Shown here piece by piece: positions 1 to 8,741 of a stretch of DNA of 43,145 nucleotides; position 1 is the first letter of the stretch, and every line of letters begins with the position of its first letter. Under the pieces are notes generated by a model. That model saw only the letters and a list, made by a program, of their open reading frames with translations, was not told the origin of the DNA and searched no databases. Source of the stretch: a virus (taxonomy: Duplodnaviria > Caudoviricetes); the IMG/VR virus record IMGVR_UViG_3300032243_000398, positions 1-43,145 of that record; one strand, written 5' to 3'. The position numbers and the translations under genes were made by a program.

Positions 1-240
1 CGTTTTGCCCTTGACCCATTCAGTGACGAGCGAACTGCTAGCGATTGCAGAGCCGCATCCGTAAGTTTTAAATTTCGCATCTGTGATAATGCCATCTTCC
101 ACCTTTATCTGTAATTTCATTACGTCACCGCAAGCAGGTGCACCAACCATTCCTGTGCCAACAGTAGGGTCATTTTTTTCAAACGATCCTACGTTGCGAG
201 GATTCTCATAGTGGTCGATTACTTTGTCTGAGTATGCCAT
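1..240 (-). CDS. iscU: Fe-S cluster scaffold IscU (partial, runs off window start)
   Basis: Manual translation MAYSDKVIDHYENPRNVGSFEKNDPTVGTGMVGAPACGDVMKLQIKVEDGIITDAKFKTYGCGSAIASSSLVTEWVKGKT; contains IscU motifs NPRNVG, GAPACGDVM and YGCGSAIASSS. Not in the ORF track. Confidence 0.97.
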   Translation of the reverse strand, partial: MAYSDKVIDHYENPRNVGSFEKNDPTVGTGMVGAPACGDVMKLQIKVEDGIITDAKFKTYGCGSAIASSSLVTEWVKGKT

Positions 241-241
241 A

Positions 242-358
242 TTACTTCTTTGAAAAAGCTGCTAAAATCTTAGCCTGAATCGTTTTTGCAAATTCTGGTT
301 GTGGAAAATTCCAACCAATAAATGCACCTAGTGCTAACCAAAATAATGTTTCTAACAT
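242..358 (-). CDS. 38-aa small membrane protein
   Basis: Manual translation MLETLFWLALGAFIGWNFPQPEFAKTIQAKILAAFSKK; AAGGAG Shine-Dalgarno upstream; fills the gap between sod and iscU. Confidence 0.8.
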   Translation of the reverse strand: MLETLFWLALGAFIGWNFPQPEFAKTIQAKILAAFSKK

Positions 359-372
359 AGTAGTTCTCCTTG

Positions 373-924
373 TTAAACTAATCGATTACTGATAACGGGC
401 CAGTTAATAATACGATAAATGTTTTTTAGATACCCAGCTTTATCGGCTTGGTAATCTAAGGCCCAGGCATGTTCCCACCAATCGATCAGTAGTATGATAT
501 CACTTTTCATTTGATGATTCTTAATGGTTTTTATGCTGCCATTCCTAGCAAGATAAACCCATCCGCTGCCTTGTATGCCCATAGCAGTTTTTTCTACTTC
601 ATCTTTGAACTTGTCAAAAGTTTCAAAGTGCTTTTCAATAAATTCTAGTATTTCTCCGGATGGTGCATTTCCTGTAGTAACTTCTTGGAATTGCCCGAAA
701 AATATATTATGTAAAAATGCCCCAGCTTCGTTGAAGTCGGGATCTCCTTCACCTTTGTTAAAACGATTGACATATCCTCCATACAGCTCTTTATAGTGAT
801 AGTTTATGGTATCTTCGCTCATTACCGGCTCTAGATCTCCGCGAGCATAGGGCAGTTTAAGCTGAGTCAGCTTATCACTGCTTTTTTGTTCTAAAATAAA
901 CTCTTTAATAAAATTATATGCCAT
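373..924 (-). CDS. sod: Fe/Mn superoxide dismutase family protein
   Basis: LPY..LEP.MS..T..YH, FLHNIFF, GSGWVYL and DWWEHAW motifs; start moved to ATG 924, 5 nt after TAAATA. Confidence 0.92.
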   Translation of the reverse strand: MAYNFIKEFILEQKSSDKLTQLKLPYARGDLEPVMSEDTINYHYKELYGGYVNRFNKGEGDPDFNEAGAFLHNIFFGQFQEVTTGNAPSGEILEFIEKHFETFDKFKDEVEKTAMGIQGSGWVYLARNGSIKTIKNHQMKSDIILLIDWWEHAWALDYQADKAGYLKNIYRIINWPVISNRLV

Positions 925-929
925 ATCTA

Positions 930-957
930 TATTTAACATTATGTGCAGGTGTAAATA
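930..957. promoter_or_regulatory. Divergent pair of putative late promoters (TAAATA)
   Basis: TAAATA on the minus strand at 930-935 before the sod ATG and on the plus strand at 952-957 before the ORF at 980; resembles the T4 late promoter core TATAAATA. Confidence 0.65.
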
Positions 958-979
958 CATTCATAAGGAGGATTCGTCC

Positions 980-1210
980 ATGTTAAATGCACTTAAAAAA
1001 CTTTTTGGTATTGCCCCAGCAGTAGCAGAAGTTCCAGCACCGGCTCCAGTTACTGCACCAACTGCTGTTGCTGAACAAGCTACTCAAGCAGTTGTTGAAT
1101 CTATTAAGCCAGCAGCACCTAAAAAAGCTGCTCCTAAGAAATCTGCACCTGCTAAAACTGCCAAACCAAAAGCACCACGTAAACCAAAAGCATCAAAGCC
1201 CCAAGCGTAA
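980..1210 (+). CDS. Small Ala/Pro/Lys-rich protein with histone H1-like tail
   Basis: AAGGAGG SD before ATG 980; C-terminal PAAPKKAAPKKSAPAKTAKPKAPRKPK low-complexity basic repeats. Confidence 0.75.
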   Translation: MLNALKKLFGIAPAVAEVPAPAPVTAPTAVAEQATQAVVESIKPAAPKKAAPKKSAPAKTAKPKAPRKPKASKPQA

Positions 1211-2218
1211 TGCTTCCTGATATAGTGCGAAGCTAGATAGATTTTTAGCTTTGCTTTCGCACATAATATCAAAGTCGTTTCGAAAACTCAGAGCCCATTC
1301 ATTCGCTGGGATATTCCAGTAAGTTTCTGAATGAGCCCTGAGTTTTTGTTTTTTGTAGCCTTCTAAAAGCAGTTGGGCATGATCTGGTGCGATATTATCG
1401 GAGTGTCCTACCAACACATCTTCTCGGCTGACTGAGTAATGCATAGCAGGCCGCACACCACGCCATGAATCGATTATACGCTTGACCCTATCGTCATTAG
1501 ATTGAATGTACTCTCCAGTGCGAATCCAGTGATGATGTATATCCAGTACCAATGCACAGTCATTCACTAGTTCAAGACTGGCATCAACACCCCAAGACAT
1601 CTCGTCATTCTCGATAGTGATACAGTTGCGAGCTTCGGGCGATAGACGCTTGAGTGCTTCTCGTATGCCGTCTGGTCCACGCTTGCCTGAAATATGCACA
1701 TTGATCTTGAAGTCTTGGAAGGTCTTGCCATAGCCCATCCAGCGAGCCATATTGGTATGGTACTCAAATTCTTCTATGCTTCGTTCAACAATCCCTGGAT
1801 TTTCACTTGCCAATACTGTAAACTGTCCAGGATGAAAACTGAGACGCACATTGAGGGTTCGGGCAAGATCGCCTACCTTTATGAAATGTTTTTCGCAGTA
1901 GGCAATGACATCTGGGCGAAGCCAAAAGTAACACCAATCTTTCTGAGTGTAGACGGGTAGTATGTCGCTACTGATTCGCACCATGCGTAGATTTTCATCT
2001 AGAGCTCCTACTTTTTCTACAAGTTTATAAACGGCAGTGAGATTATGTACCATAATGTCCCAAAGCCGCTGTTCTGCTACTTCTCGAGTCTGTCGATTAA
2101 GCCAAGCCACTGTGGTAGTGGTAGTATTGAGATCTCTATCGGCGGCATTGATTTTCATGCCATTAATCTCGCTCGGATCATTAATCCACTTACAGGCAAA
2201 ACCAATACGTTTAATCAT
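1193..2218 (-). CDS. uvsE: UV damage endonuclease (UvsE/UVDE)
   Basis: RIGFAC, RISSDILP, RLSFHPGQF, IENDE, LDIHHH and RAHS motifs of the UVDE TIM barrel. Confidence 0.93.
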   Translation of the reverse strand: MIKRIGFACKWINDPSEINGMKINAADRDLNTTTTTVAWLNRQTREVAEQRLWDIMVHNLTAVYKLVEKVGALDENLRMVRISSDILPVYTQKDWCYFWLRPDVIAYCEKHFIKVGDLARTLNVRLSFHPGQFTVLASENPGIVERSIEEFEYHTNMARWMGYGKTFQDFKINVHISGKRGPDGIREALKRLSPEARNCITIENDEMSWGVDASLELVNDCALVLDIHHHWIRTGEYIQSNDDRVKRIIDSWRGVRPAMHYSVSREDVLVGHSDNIAPDHAQLLLEGYKKQKLRAHSETYWNIPANEWALSFRNDFDIMCESKAKNLSSFALYQEALRLGL

Positions 2219-2441
2219 TTGCTAGTCCCATAAAAAGTAATTCGCGTTCGGTAACATGTGCCAGAGGAGTGAGCCAACCGTTACTAATACACTCTGCTAT
2301 GATCAGTCGATACTCTCGTGGGCACTGTTGACTGATCTCAAAACCAGCTCTAGGTGTAACTGTGAATTTATCACGGATGTGAAATCGAGGATCACTCTGT
2401 TTGAGTGTGCGTGTCTGACTGTGATGAGTAGTAAAGTTCAT
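2211..2441 (-). CDS. Hypothetical protein
   Basis: 76-aa ORF with a sigma70 promoter just upstream; overlaps the uvsE start. Confidence 0.7.
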   Translation of the reverse strand: MNFTTHHSQTRTLKQSDPRFHIRDKFTVTPRAGFEISQQCPREYRLIIAECISNGWLTPLAHVTERELLFMGLAND

Positions 2442-2447
2442 ACTACT

Positions 2448-2476
2448 AGTATAGCATCGTTACTGCCAGTTGTCAA
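2448..2476 (-). promoter_or_regulatory. sigma70-type early promoter
   Basis: TTGACA-17 nt-TATACT; -10 ends 6 nt before ATG 2441 (leaderless). Confidence 0.8.
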
Positions 2477-3152
2477 CTACAAAAGGATCTTGAATATCTT
2501 CTGGTTTTGGATCACCGTGGAATACACAGATTGAACAATCTGCAGGGATAGCCGGATTACGAACGTCTCTAAAAATTCTTTTATGATGTCCGAACATAAT
2601 CTCGTCACGACTTCTAATTTCCCATTTGTAACTCTGTATCCAAGCATCTGGAAAAAAGCTAATGCGAGTTCTTGCAATTTGCCAAATCCAATCTTGATCG
2701 CCGTGGAGCTGTTGAGCTCGTCTTGAGTCTGTCATGAACACAGTAAAGATATCTGGATTCCGTCCAGCATTCCATGCCATTACTGAACTGTTAAGCATGT
2801 TCCAATCCTTGTGATACTTTCGATTGAAATCTCGAATGCCTTTAAATTCAGTTTCTGAAAACTCAACTAATTTATCAATGTTATTGTGTATAACAACATC
2901 AAGGTCTAGATAAAGTATTTTTCCTTCTAGACCTAAATTAGGATCAAACATATGAACTTTATGCCACCACGGTCTTGCATATCCAGCATTTGGCTGTACT
3001 AGCAATTCAACTCCTTCTATAGGAGTAGGGTCGTCAGTTAAGCAGACAAACTTGTAAGATAAGGTGAGGTGTCGAGATACCATATTGCGTAGTCGTTCAA
3101 CATAGTCCTTACCGTACTTTGTACCAAACCTTACACATAAAACAGTGATCAT
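2460..3152 (-). CDS. Glycosyltransferase-like protein (GT-A fold, GT8-like)
   Basis: G.KY...YV..L, WWHKVHMF, YLDLDVVI (DxD), NSSVM, GDQDW and VFHGDPKP motifs. Confidence 0.78.
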   Translation of the reverse strand: MITVLCVRFGTKYGKDYVERLRNMVSRHLTLSYKFVCLTDDPTPIEGVELLVQPNAGYARPWWHKVHMFDPNLGLEGKILYLDLDVVIHNNIDKLVEFSETEFKGIRDFNRKYHKDWNMLNSSVMAWNAGRNPDIFTVFMTDSRRAQQLHGDQDWIWQIARTRISFFPDAWIQSYKWEIRSRDEIMFGHHKRIFRDVRNPAIPADCSICVFHGDPKPEDIQDPFVVDNWQ

Positions 3153-3970
3153 TTAACAACCTTATCAATAGATTGTAACTGACTCAATATACTTTCTAGT
3201 TCAGTTAACGGAATCATATTAGGACCATCGCTAGGTGCATTATCTGGATCTTCATGTGTTTCCATAAACACCGCAGCAACACAACCGGTAGCTACAGCCG
3301 CCCTCGCCAGGTAGGGCACCATTTCTCGATCTCCACCAGAGACGACTCCGTGACCTCCAGGCTGCTGTACAGAATGTGTTGCATCGAATACCACAGGGTA
3401 CCCGGTGTATGACATAACGGGTAGACTACGCATATCCACAACAAGATTATTATATCCATGAGTAAATCCTCTTTCGCATAACATGATGCGTTTATTTCCG
3501 GTAGACGCAATTTTTTTAGCAACATTAGTCATGTCCCATGGTGCTAAAAATTGTCCTTTCTTGACATTAATTGCACAGCCAGTCTTGCCAGCAGCTAACA
3601 ATAAATCAGTTTGTCTGCACAAGAATGCTGGAATTTGTAAAACATCAATACCAGCGTCAGCAGTAATCTGTGCCTGATATGTTTCATGAATATCAGTGAG
3701 TACAGGAATTCCAAATTCGTGTTTAATTGAATTTAAAATTTTTAATCCTTCATCAATACCGATACCTCGGGGTGTGTTAACGCTCGATCTGTTAGCCTTG
3801 TCATAAGAACTTTTATAGATAAGTTTCATTCCTAACTTGTCTGTAACTTCTTTAATAGCACCTGCTGTTTGTTCGGCATGTGTTTGGCTTTCGATCTGGC
3901 ATGGACCAGCAATCAAAACAATAGGATGTTCATTGCCGATAGTAATGTTACTAATGTTAAATGTATGCAT
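3149..3970 (-). CDS. kdsA: KDO 8-phosphate synthase
   Basis: IAGPCQIES, KSSYDKANRSS, QIPAFLCRQTDLL, KKGQFLAP, DATHSVQQPGG and APSDGPN motifs; start taken at ATG 3970. Confidence 0.97.
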   Translation of the reverse strand: MHTFNISNITIGNEHPIVLIAGPCQIESQTHAEQTAGAIKEVTDKLGMKLIYKSSYDKANRSSVNTPRGIGIDEGLKILNSIKHEFGIPVLTDIHETYQAQITADAGIDVLQIPAFLCRQTDLLLAAGKTGCAINVKKGQFLAPWDMTNVAKKIASTGNKRIMLCERGFTHGYNNLVVDMRSLPVMSYTGYPVVFDATHSVQQPGGHGVVSGGDREMVPYLARAAVATGCVAAVFMETHEDPDNAPSDGPNMIPLTELESILSQLQSIDKVVK

Positions 3971-3978
3971 GACGATAT

Positions 3979-4173
3979 TTACCAATGTCTAATAACTCCG
4001 ATGATAATAAAAAGATTCGTGATGATATAGGTTAATACAATAAACGTACGAACAAGTGCTATCTTGTCAGCTTCCTGATCAGTAGCACCTGCTTTTTCAC
4101 CTAATGCTTTCGCCCATAGGCGCCAAAGATTTTTAGCCTTCGTAGATAGCCGAGTTAGCACCGTGTTCTGCAC
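3979..4173 (-). CDS. Small membrane protein (start uncertain)
   Basis: W..WAKALGEKAG..D.EAD followed by one hydrophobic helix; fills the gap between queD and kdsA. Confidence 0.65.
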   Translation of the reverse strand: MQNTVLTRLSTKAKNLWRLWAKALGEKAGATDQEADKIALVRTFIVLTYIITNLFIIIGVIRHW

Positions 4174-4582
4174 ATTCTACCCTAACGCAATAGCAACGAC
4201 TACCAGTCTTTTCTTTGATAAGTTGATTAGCAAAATTGAAAGCGTGTTCTGCAAATTTCTCCGCACCAACGCCATCAAAGATTCTAATTTCGGCCAAGCC
4301 CAAATCTTCAAGTTCTTGGAATTTTTTTAGATGCGGGTCAGCAAGATCCAATGCTAATTTGTGATCAAACTTATCTTCTAGCCATGCTTTGAGTTGTTTA
4401 AGTCCCCCAAAGTCTACTGCCCAGTTTTTATCGTCTAATTGATCACAGCCAAATGTGAATGTGAATGCTAGACTGTAACCGTGTAGTAGATGACAGTGAC
4501 TGTGATCTGCATTAGGTTGACGGAATACCGCCGACAGACCAATGTTGTGTCCGTAGTGTTTTGTTGAAAGAAATTTTGCCAT
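4133..4582 (-). CDS. queD: 6-pyruvoyl-tetrahydropterin / 6-carboxytetrahydropterin synthase (QueD/PTPS family)
   Basis: HCHLLHGY, VDFGGLK, FDHKL and E..AE motifs; AAGGAG SD. Confidence 0.88.
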   Translation of the reverse strand: MAKFLSTKHYGHNIGLSAVFRQPNADHSHCHLLHGYSLAFTFTFGCDQLDDKNWAVDFGGLKQLKAWLEDKFDHKLALDLADPHLKKFQELEDLGLAEIRIFDGVGAEKFAEHAFNFANQLIKEKTGSRCYCVRVECAEHGANSAIYEG

Positions 4583-4670
4583 CTCTAGTCTCCTTTATAT
4601 TGGTAGCAAGTTTGATGACTGCAGAGTATTTAGAGTGGGGTGAGGCCATTTAGTCCACTATTGAACTAGT

Positions 4671-5267
4671 TTACAATCTTTGTTGTAGAATGTCAATGAT
4701 TTTAAAATTAACATTCGCCAATTTCCAACTATCGGGCATGACCCATTTGTCTGTATTGTAAACTGTGAAATATTTATCGGGGTAGTGTTCGAAGACCTTT
4801 GCAACCTGGTAAATCCAATAGACTGGATCAACAGCGGTTGAATCAACGTTTAGATAATTTTTCGAACCTTTGTAGACATTGTTGACCTTGTCATTGCTTC
4901 CGTATAGATCAAATCCGATTAAGCTGATGTTATTGCTTTCCATTGTACAGGCAACTAACAGTGCTAACGGGCCACTACCCCAATGCCATAGTTCATCTTG
5001 TCGTAGGGTTCCTTTGTACGGCAGGTCCGGCACTCTACGAACATTAGAATTTTCTTTGTAAAACGATATCCAATCAGGTCTAGTATAGATTATAGTATCT
5101 TGTTGGGCCTCAACTGCCTCATTAACCATGCGCATATCACAGCAAACAAGATGTGGGACTGCAACGTCTCGATAAAGAGCATTGCAACCTATAATTGTGT
5201 GATTATCAAGACTTTGTAGATCTATCGGCTTTCTGCTTTCGCCGTTACCTACAACAACAATAGACAT
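4671..5267 (-). CDS. Rossmann-like protein resembling GT29/DUF115 (sialyltransferase-like/MptE-like) family
   Basis: VVVGNGESR, IGCNALYR, WGSGPLA and ISLIGFDL motifs; start moved to ATG 5267, overlapping the upstream stop. Confidence 0.6.
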   Translation of the reverse strand: MSIVVVGNGESRKPIDLQSLDNHTIIGCNALYRDVAVPHLVCCDMRMVNEAVEAQQDTIIYTRPDWISFYKENSNVRRVPDLPYKGTLRQDELWHWGSGPLALLVACTMESNNISLIGFDLYGSNDKVNNVYKGSKNYLNVDSTAVDPVYWIYQVAKVFEHYPDKYFTVYNTDKWVMPDSWKLANVNFKIIDILQQRL

Positions 5268-6130
5268 TAGTTGCCTTGTTCTTTGATCTCGCCGAATGGA
5301 TTCCACTGGCCTGGATTGCCAGCTTTGATACATACCCAACCAACACAGCCGCCGATTCGTGGATATGAATTCCATACTATATCGCCTACGGTATAATTTC
5401 CATCTTCGGGTGGAGTTGATGCGTACATTTGAATATGATTGTTTAATCTTACAGCACCGTTTACATGTAGGTCAACTGATGGATCTGGAATTTTAACTCC
5501 TACCGCTAGTTTACCATGTACTGTAACATTAATAGGATTCTTTGTTGGGTTTCCTAAATCTATATTGCCGTTGGCTCGGATAGTAATACGAGCTGTATCA
5601 TCAGTAACAATATCAAGATCGTTACTAGCAAAGGTACCAATAATACCATGACCAGTATCAAAGTGTGTGCCGATCATAACTTCAACATCATTCTCAGCAA
5701 CGCTAAATGCGGCGTTGGGATTTTCAGTTCCTAGTCCCAATCGGTCAACAGTACCATTGTAAAATAGATATTGATTGACAGCTAAGGAGCCGTCGACAAT
5801 AAGACCTTTTAGTCTGCCAACTTGTCTAAGGTTGCTTTTAGTAACATTCGAACCTAGAGACTCTTTATCAAGGACAGAAATGCCATCGATTGCAAAGTGT
5901 CTTTCAGCGTCAAGATCTATGTTTTCGGATGAAAAGAAAGAATCTGCATTAAGTACAAATTGTCTAGTATACTTGTCACCGCTAAAAATTAAACCTTTAC
6001 CGTCGTTGGTTTCTTTTCTGCCAGCTTTAAATTCTACAAATTTACCGATATCGTATGATCGAGTATCTGCTAAATCATGCAGGGCTTGGCTAATGATGTC
6101 AATTGGATTTGGTGTAGTTTGATCGTTCAT
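5267..6130 (-). CDS. Putative virion structural / tail-fibre-like protein
   Basis: Beta-rich with RLGLGTENP and LAVGVKIPDPSVDLHVNG fibre-type repeats; C-terminal GDIVWN..P..GG.VGWVC..AG.PG.W motif; TAAATA 5 nt before ATG 6130. Confidence 0.65.
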   Translation of the reverse strand: MNDQTTPNPIDIISQALHDLADTRSYDIGKFVEFKAGRKETNDGKGLIFSGDKYTRQFVLNADSFFSSENIDLDAERHFAIDGISVLDKESLGSNVTKSNLRQVGRLKGLIVDGSLAVNQYLFYNGTVDRLGLGTENPNAAFSVAENDVEVMIGTHFDTGHGIIGTFASNDLDIVTDDTARITIRANGNIDLGNPTKNPINVTVHGKLAVGVKIPDPSVDLHVNGAVRLNNHIQMYASTPPEDGNYTVGDIVWNSYPRIGGCVGWVCIKAGNPGQWNPFGEIKEQGN

Positions 6131-6135
6131 AACGA

Positions 6136-6141
6136 TATTTA
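6136..6141 (-). promoter_or_regulatory. Putative late promoter TAAATA
   Basis: GATAAATATCGTTATG on the minus strand; no SD. Confidence 0.65.
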
Positions 6142-6162
6142 TCAAACTACGACCAAAGTATG

Positions 6163-7338
6163 TCAAGCAATTCGAAGTAAAATAGTCTCTTCGTTTATAC
6201 GCCCGTTCATTTTGGTATCTACAGCATTGATATCTTCTAGAAACTTGCGTAGTTGTACTTTACCAGCGTCTTTAAACGCTTTTAACTGCTCTACGGGCTT
6301 GCGCAGGGTCTTTTGTACACTTGTGTTCTCGTTAAACCCTACAATGCTCGTACCCTTAACTGTAAGCTCTAAGTACTCGTTAGCAATGTATTTGCCTAAT
6401 TTTCTAGACTTTGTGTTGTAAATCCACAGTTCTTTCGCACCAACGATGTCTGTAGGATTAATAGATACTAATTTTAGTGGCTCATCTGCTTTTTTGTATT
6501 TGAGTTTGGCAACAATCTTTTCTGCAGGAACAGCTTTTTTGGCTTTAGGCTTGCGATTTATTTTAGCTTCTTGTCCGAGCATTTCACAGACACTGACGAT
6601 TTCTTGATAAAACTGTGTAATTTTCTTTAACTGTACCTTGCTCAAATGGCTGTAGGCTTCTTTGAGTTGTTCGTCTTTGGTAGTGGCCGCTTCAATAAGT
6701 TCATTCAAATCTTTAGAATAGAACTCTTTAATGATTCTCGAGTGTGCTGCCTTGGCCTGTTTAGCTTTCAATAAGTTTAAGACTTTAAATGCTTTTGGAT
6801 CAAACGCTTCTGGGTCAGCTTGAAATGCTTCAATAGCCGTTTCAATTTCTTCAGTCATCTTATAGCTGGCTTCGCGAACACGTTCTTGGATGCTAGGAAT
6901 ATAAACATCTGGTTTGACTTCAACGGATACTTCGCTATCGTCAATATCGTCTTTGCCATCGGTGACAATCTTGCTAATAGAATTGCGTAACCATTCTGCA
7001 GTATTGCGGCCTTCATTCCAATCTGCACGAACTTCTGGCATGCCTTTTAACAAGCAGGCTGCAATAGCACCTACAGTTGTTCCGCAACGATTGTCTTTGG
7101 TTTTCTTAAATTCTTTAATCTGATCTTTAGTGTATCCGTTGCGACTCATCCAATCGATAACTTTAGGTTTAAGCTCTTTGCCGCCTGACTCTAAACGGTA
7201 CCATGTCATAGCAGAATGGAAGTGACGTAAGAATTGGCTTTCGTCCCAAGATTCGTGACCATCCCATTTTGGTGAAAGGTCTTTACCTTTAGATGCTCTA
7301 GCAGTTGCTAGATGTTTTGCCATTGATTTTGTTGCCAT
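6163..7338 (-). CDS. Hypothetical Lys-rich phage protein (391 aa)
   Basis: Long ORF with AGGAG SD and its own perfect sigma70 promoter; no recognised catalytic motif. Confidence 0.85.
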   Translation of the reverse strand: MATKSMAKHLATARASKGKDLSPKWDGHESWDESQFLRHFHSAMTWYRLESGGKELKPKVIDWMSRNGYTKDQIKEFKKTKDNRCGTTVGAIAACLLKGMPEVRADWNEGRNTAEWLRNSISKIVTDGKDDIDDSEVSVEVKPDVYIPSIQERVREASYKMTEEIETAIEAFQADPEAFDPKAFKVLNLLKAKQAKAAHSRIIKEFYSKDLNELIEAATTKDEQLKEAYSHLSKVQLKKITQFYQEIVSVCEMLGQEAKINRKPKAKKAVPAEKIVAKLKYKKADEPLKLVSINPTDIVGAKELWIYNTKSRKLGKYIANEYLELTVKGTSIVGFNENTSVQKTLRKPVEQLKAFKDAGKVQLRKFLEDINAVDTKMNGRINEETILLRIA

Positions 7339-7372
7339 TCTCTATCACTCCTAACAATTAAACAATACTTAT

Positions 7373-7401
7373 ATTATAGCACCGTTCTTGCAGTTTGTCA
7401 A
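7373..7401 (-). promoter_or_regulatory. Perfect-consensus sigma70 early promoter
   Basis: TTGACA-17 nt-TATAAT with TGn extended -10. Confidence 0.9.
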
Positions 7402-7598
7402 GTAGGCGAATTTTGGAATTGCTTAATAACAACACTCTCGCCGTCTTCGTTTTCTTGATAAACGGTAGTCTCTATATAGCCATCTTCTAGACATTTTTTG
7501 GCTAGATCGAATGCTTCTTTTTGACTAGCCGTAGTATCGACTAGTTCTAAATGGCCGATATCGTCTTCAGCCCACACTTCATATAACAAATAATTCAT
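7398..7598 (-). CDS. Hypothetical acidic protein
   Basis: 66-aa ORF, ATGA-coupled to the upstream gene. Confidence 0.7.
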   Translation of the reverse strand: MNYLLYEVWAEDDIGHLELVDTTASQKEAFDLAKKCLEDGYIETTVYQENEDGESVVIKQFQNSPT

Positions 7599-8140
7599 TT
7601 TTCATTATCCCACTCAACTAAGACCCACCCTAGTTGTTTTAGATCCTCCTTAATTTCATCAGTAACTGTACCTTCTGATACATATCCTTTAGTGCCATCA
7701 AAGTCGCCATTGCCTAGACCGTCTCCAATGCCGCTACAATACCAATCAATATAGTCGCCGTGCATACGCATATTAGCAATTATACCTCCAGCATGTCTCC
7801 AAGAGCAACTCCAAAGTTCATTTTTTAAAATAGGCATTACGTCTAATTTTTGGAATTGCATATTACACATTGCCGCATAAAGATTCTGTGCATAAGTGTC
7901 ACTCGATCGAACTTTTTCTAGAATTGGATTGCAGGTTCGCAAATCGTACTCTAAATTACCTTTTTGCCAATCTTCGCTAAGTTCCTGTGCGTCGGCATCT
8001 TCCCGCCATTTGGCCCACATCTCGATATATTTTAGTGCTCTGGCTCTTTCTTCTAGTGTAGAATTTGGGTCTGTTAATTTTTCAACAGAACTTTTTTGTT
8101 GAAAAGTCATACGTTCCGGACTCTTACTTATATCGCTCAT
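7595..8140 (-). CDS. Hypothetical protein
   Basis: 181-aa ORF in a coupled operon; YAQNLYAAMCN, WSCSWR and YIDWYCSG segments. Confidence 0.8.
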   Translation of the reverse strand: MSDISKSPERMTFQQKSSVEKLTDPNSTLEERARALKYIEMWAKWREDADAQELSEDWQKGNLEYDLRTCNPILEKVRSSDTYAQNLYAAMCNMQFQKLDVMPILKNELWSCSWRHAGGIIANMRMHGDYIDWYCSGIGDGLGNGDFDGTKGYVSEGTVTDEIKEDLKQLGWVLVEWDNEK

Positions 8141-8517
8141 ACACAGTCTTGCTCGTTTGCTTCTTTAATGACGGCAGACGTTTCTTTATTTTGTAATTTA
8201 AATTTTTTAACATCATCAACAGCACTTAATAGAGTATGCCCATAATTAAATGCCTGTTGTTCTGTCATACATACGGCAGTTTCGCAATCAACATAACCCT
8301 TTGTCAGTAATGACCAAATATGTTGCCAGCGGGTCTTTGACCAAAAGTTTGTTTTAACTGTGGTATATATGTTTACACTCACATCGTGATTGTCAGATTC
8401 AATCCACACATTGTGACTGTGGTCGTCTTGCCCGCAATTACACATAATTTTGTAGACTTTAGAATCACCCCATTCGTGAGTTTTTAAAATGCCTTCTGCT
8501 GGAATTTGTATTTTCAT
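8137..8517 (-). CDS. Hypothetical protein (CxC..H.H possible metal site)
   Basis: 126-aa ORF with 4-bp overlaps at both ends. Confidence 0.78.
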   Translation of the reverse strand: MKIQIPAEGILKTHEWGDSKVYKIMCNCGQDDHSHNVWIESDNHDVSVNIYTTVKTNFWSKTRWQHIWSLLTKGYVDCETAVCMTEQQAFNYGHTLLSAVDDVKKFKLQNKETSAVIKEANEQDCV

Positions 8518-8741
8518 TGTAATACTGGCTTTCCAAATGTTTGAACTTTGTCACGCATAGATGAAATGTTATCAACCATACGATTATAGTCGTCCTCAGG
8601 TAATGCTGACTTGTAGATAGATAGTGCCTGCGTCATCATGATAGCTGCAACTTCCATAGCACCATACTCGCCAGTCATGTGATCGGCAAATTCTAAAAAG
8701 TTTTTATACAGTTGTTGTAACTGTTTATCGCTTACGTCCAT
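8514..8741 (-). CDS. Hypothetical protein
   Basis: 75-aa ORF in a coupled operon. Confidence 0.72.
   Translation of the reverse strand: MDVSDKQLQQLYKNFLEFADHMTGEYGAMEVAAIMMTQALSIYKSALPEDDYNRMVDNISSMRDKVQTFGKPVLQ

Noticed and set aside
4133-4582. Complete 7-deazaguanine DNA-modification pathway
   Set aside because: Only queD is recognisable; no folE, queC, dpdA or clear queE in the window. They may lie elsewhere in the genome.
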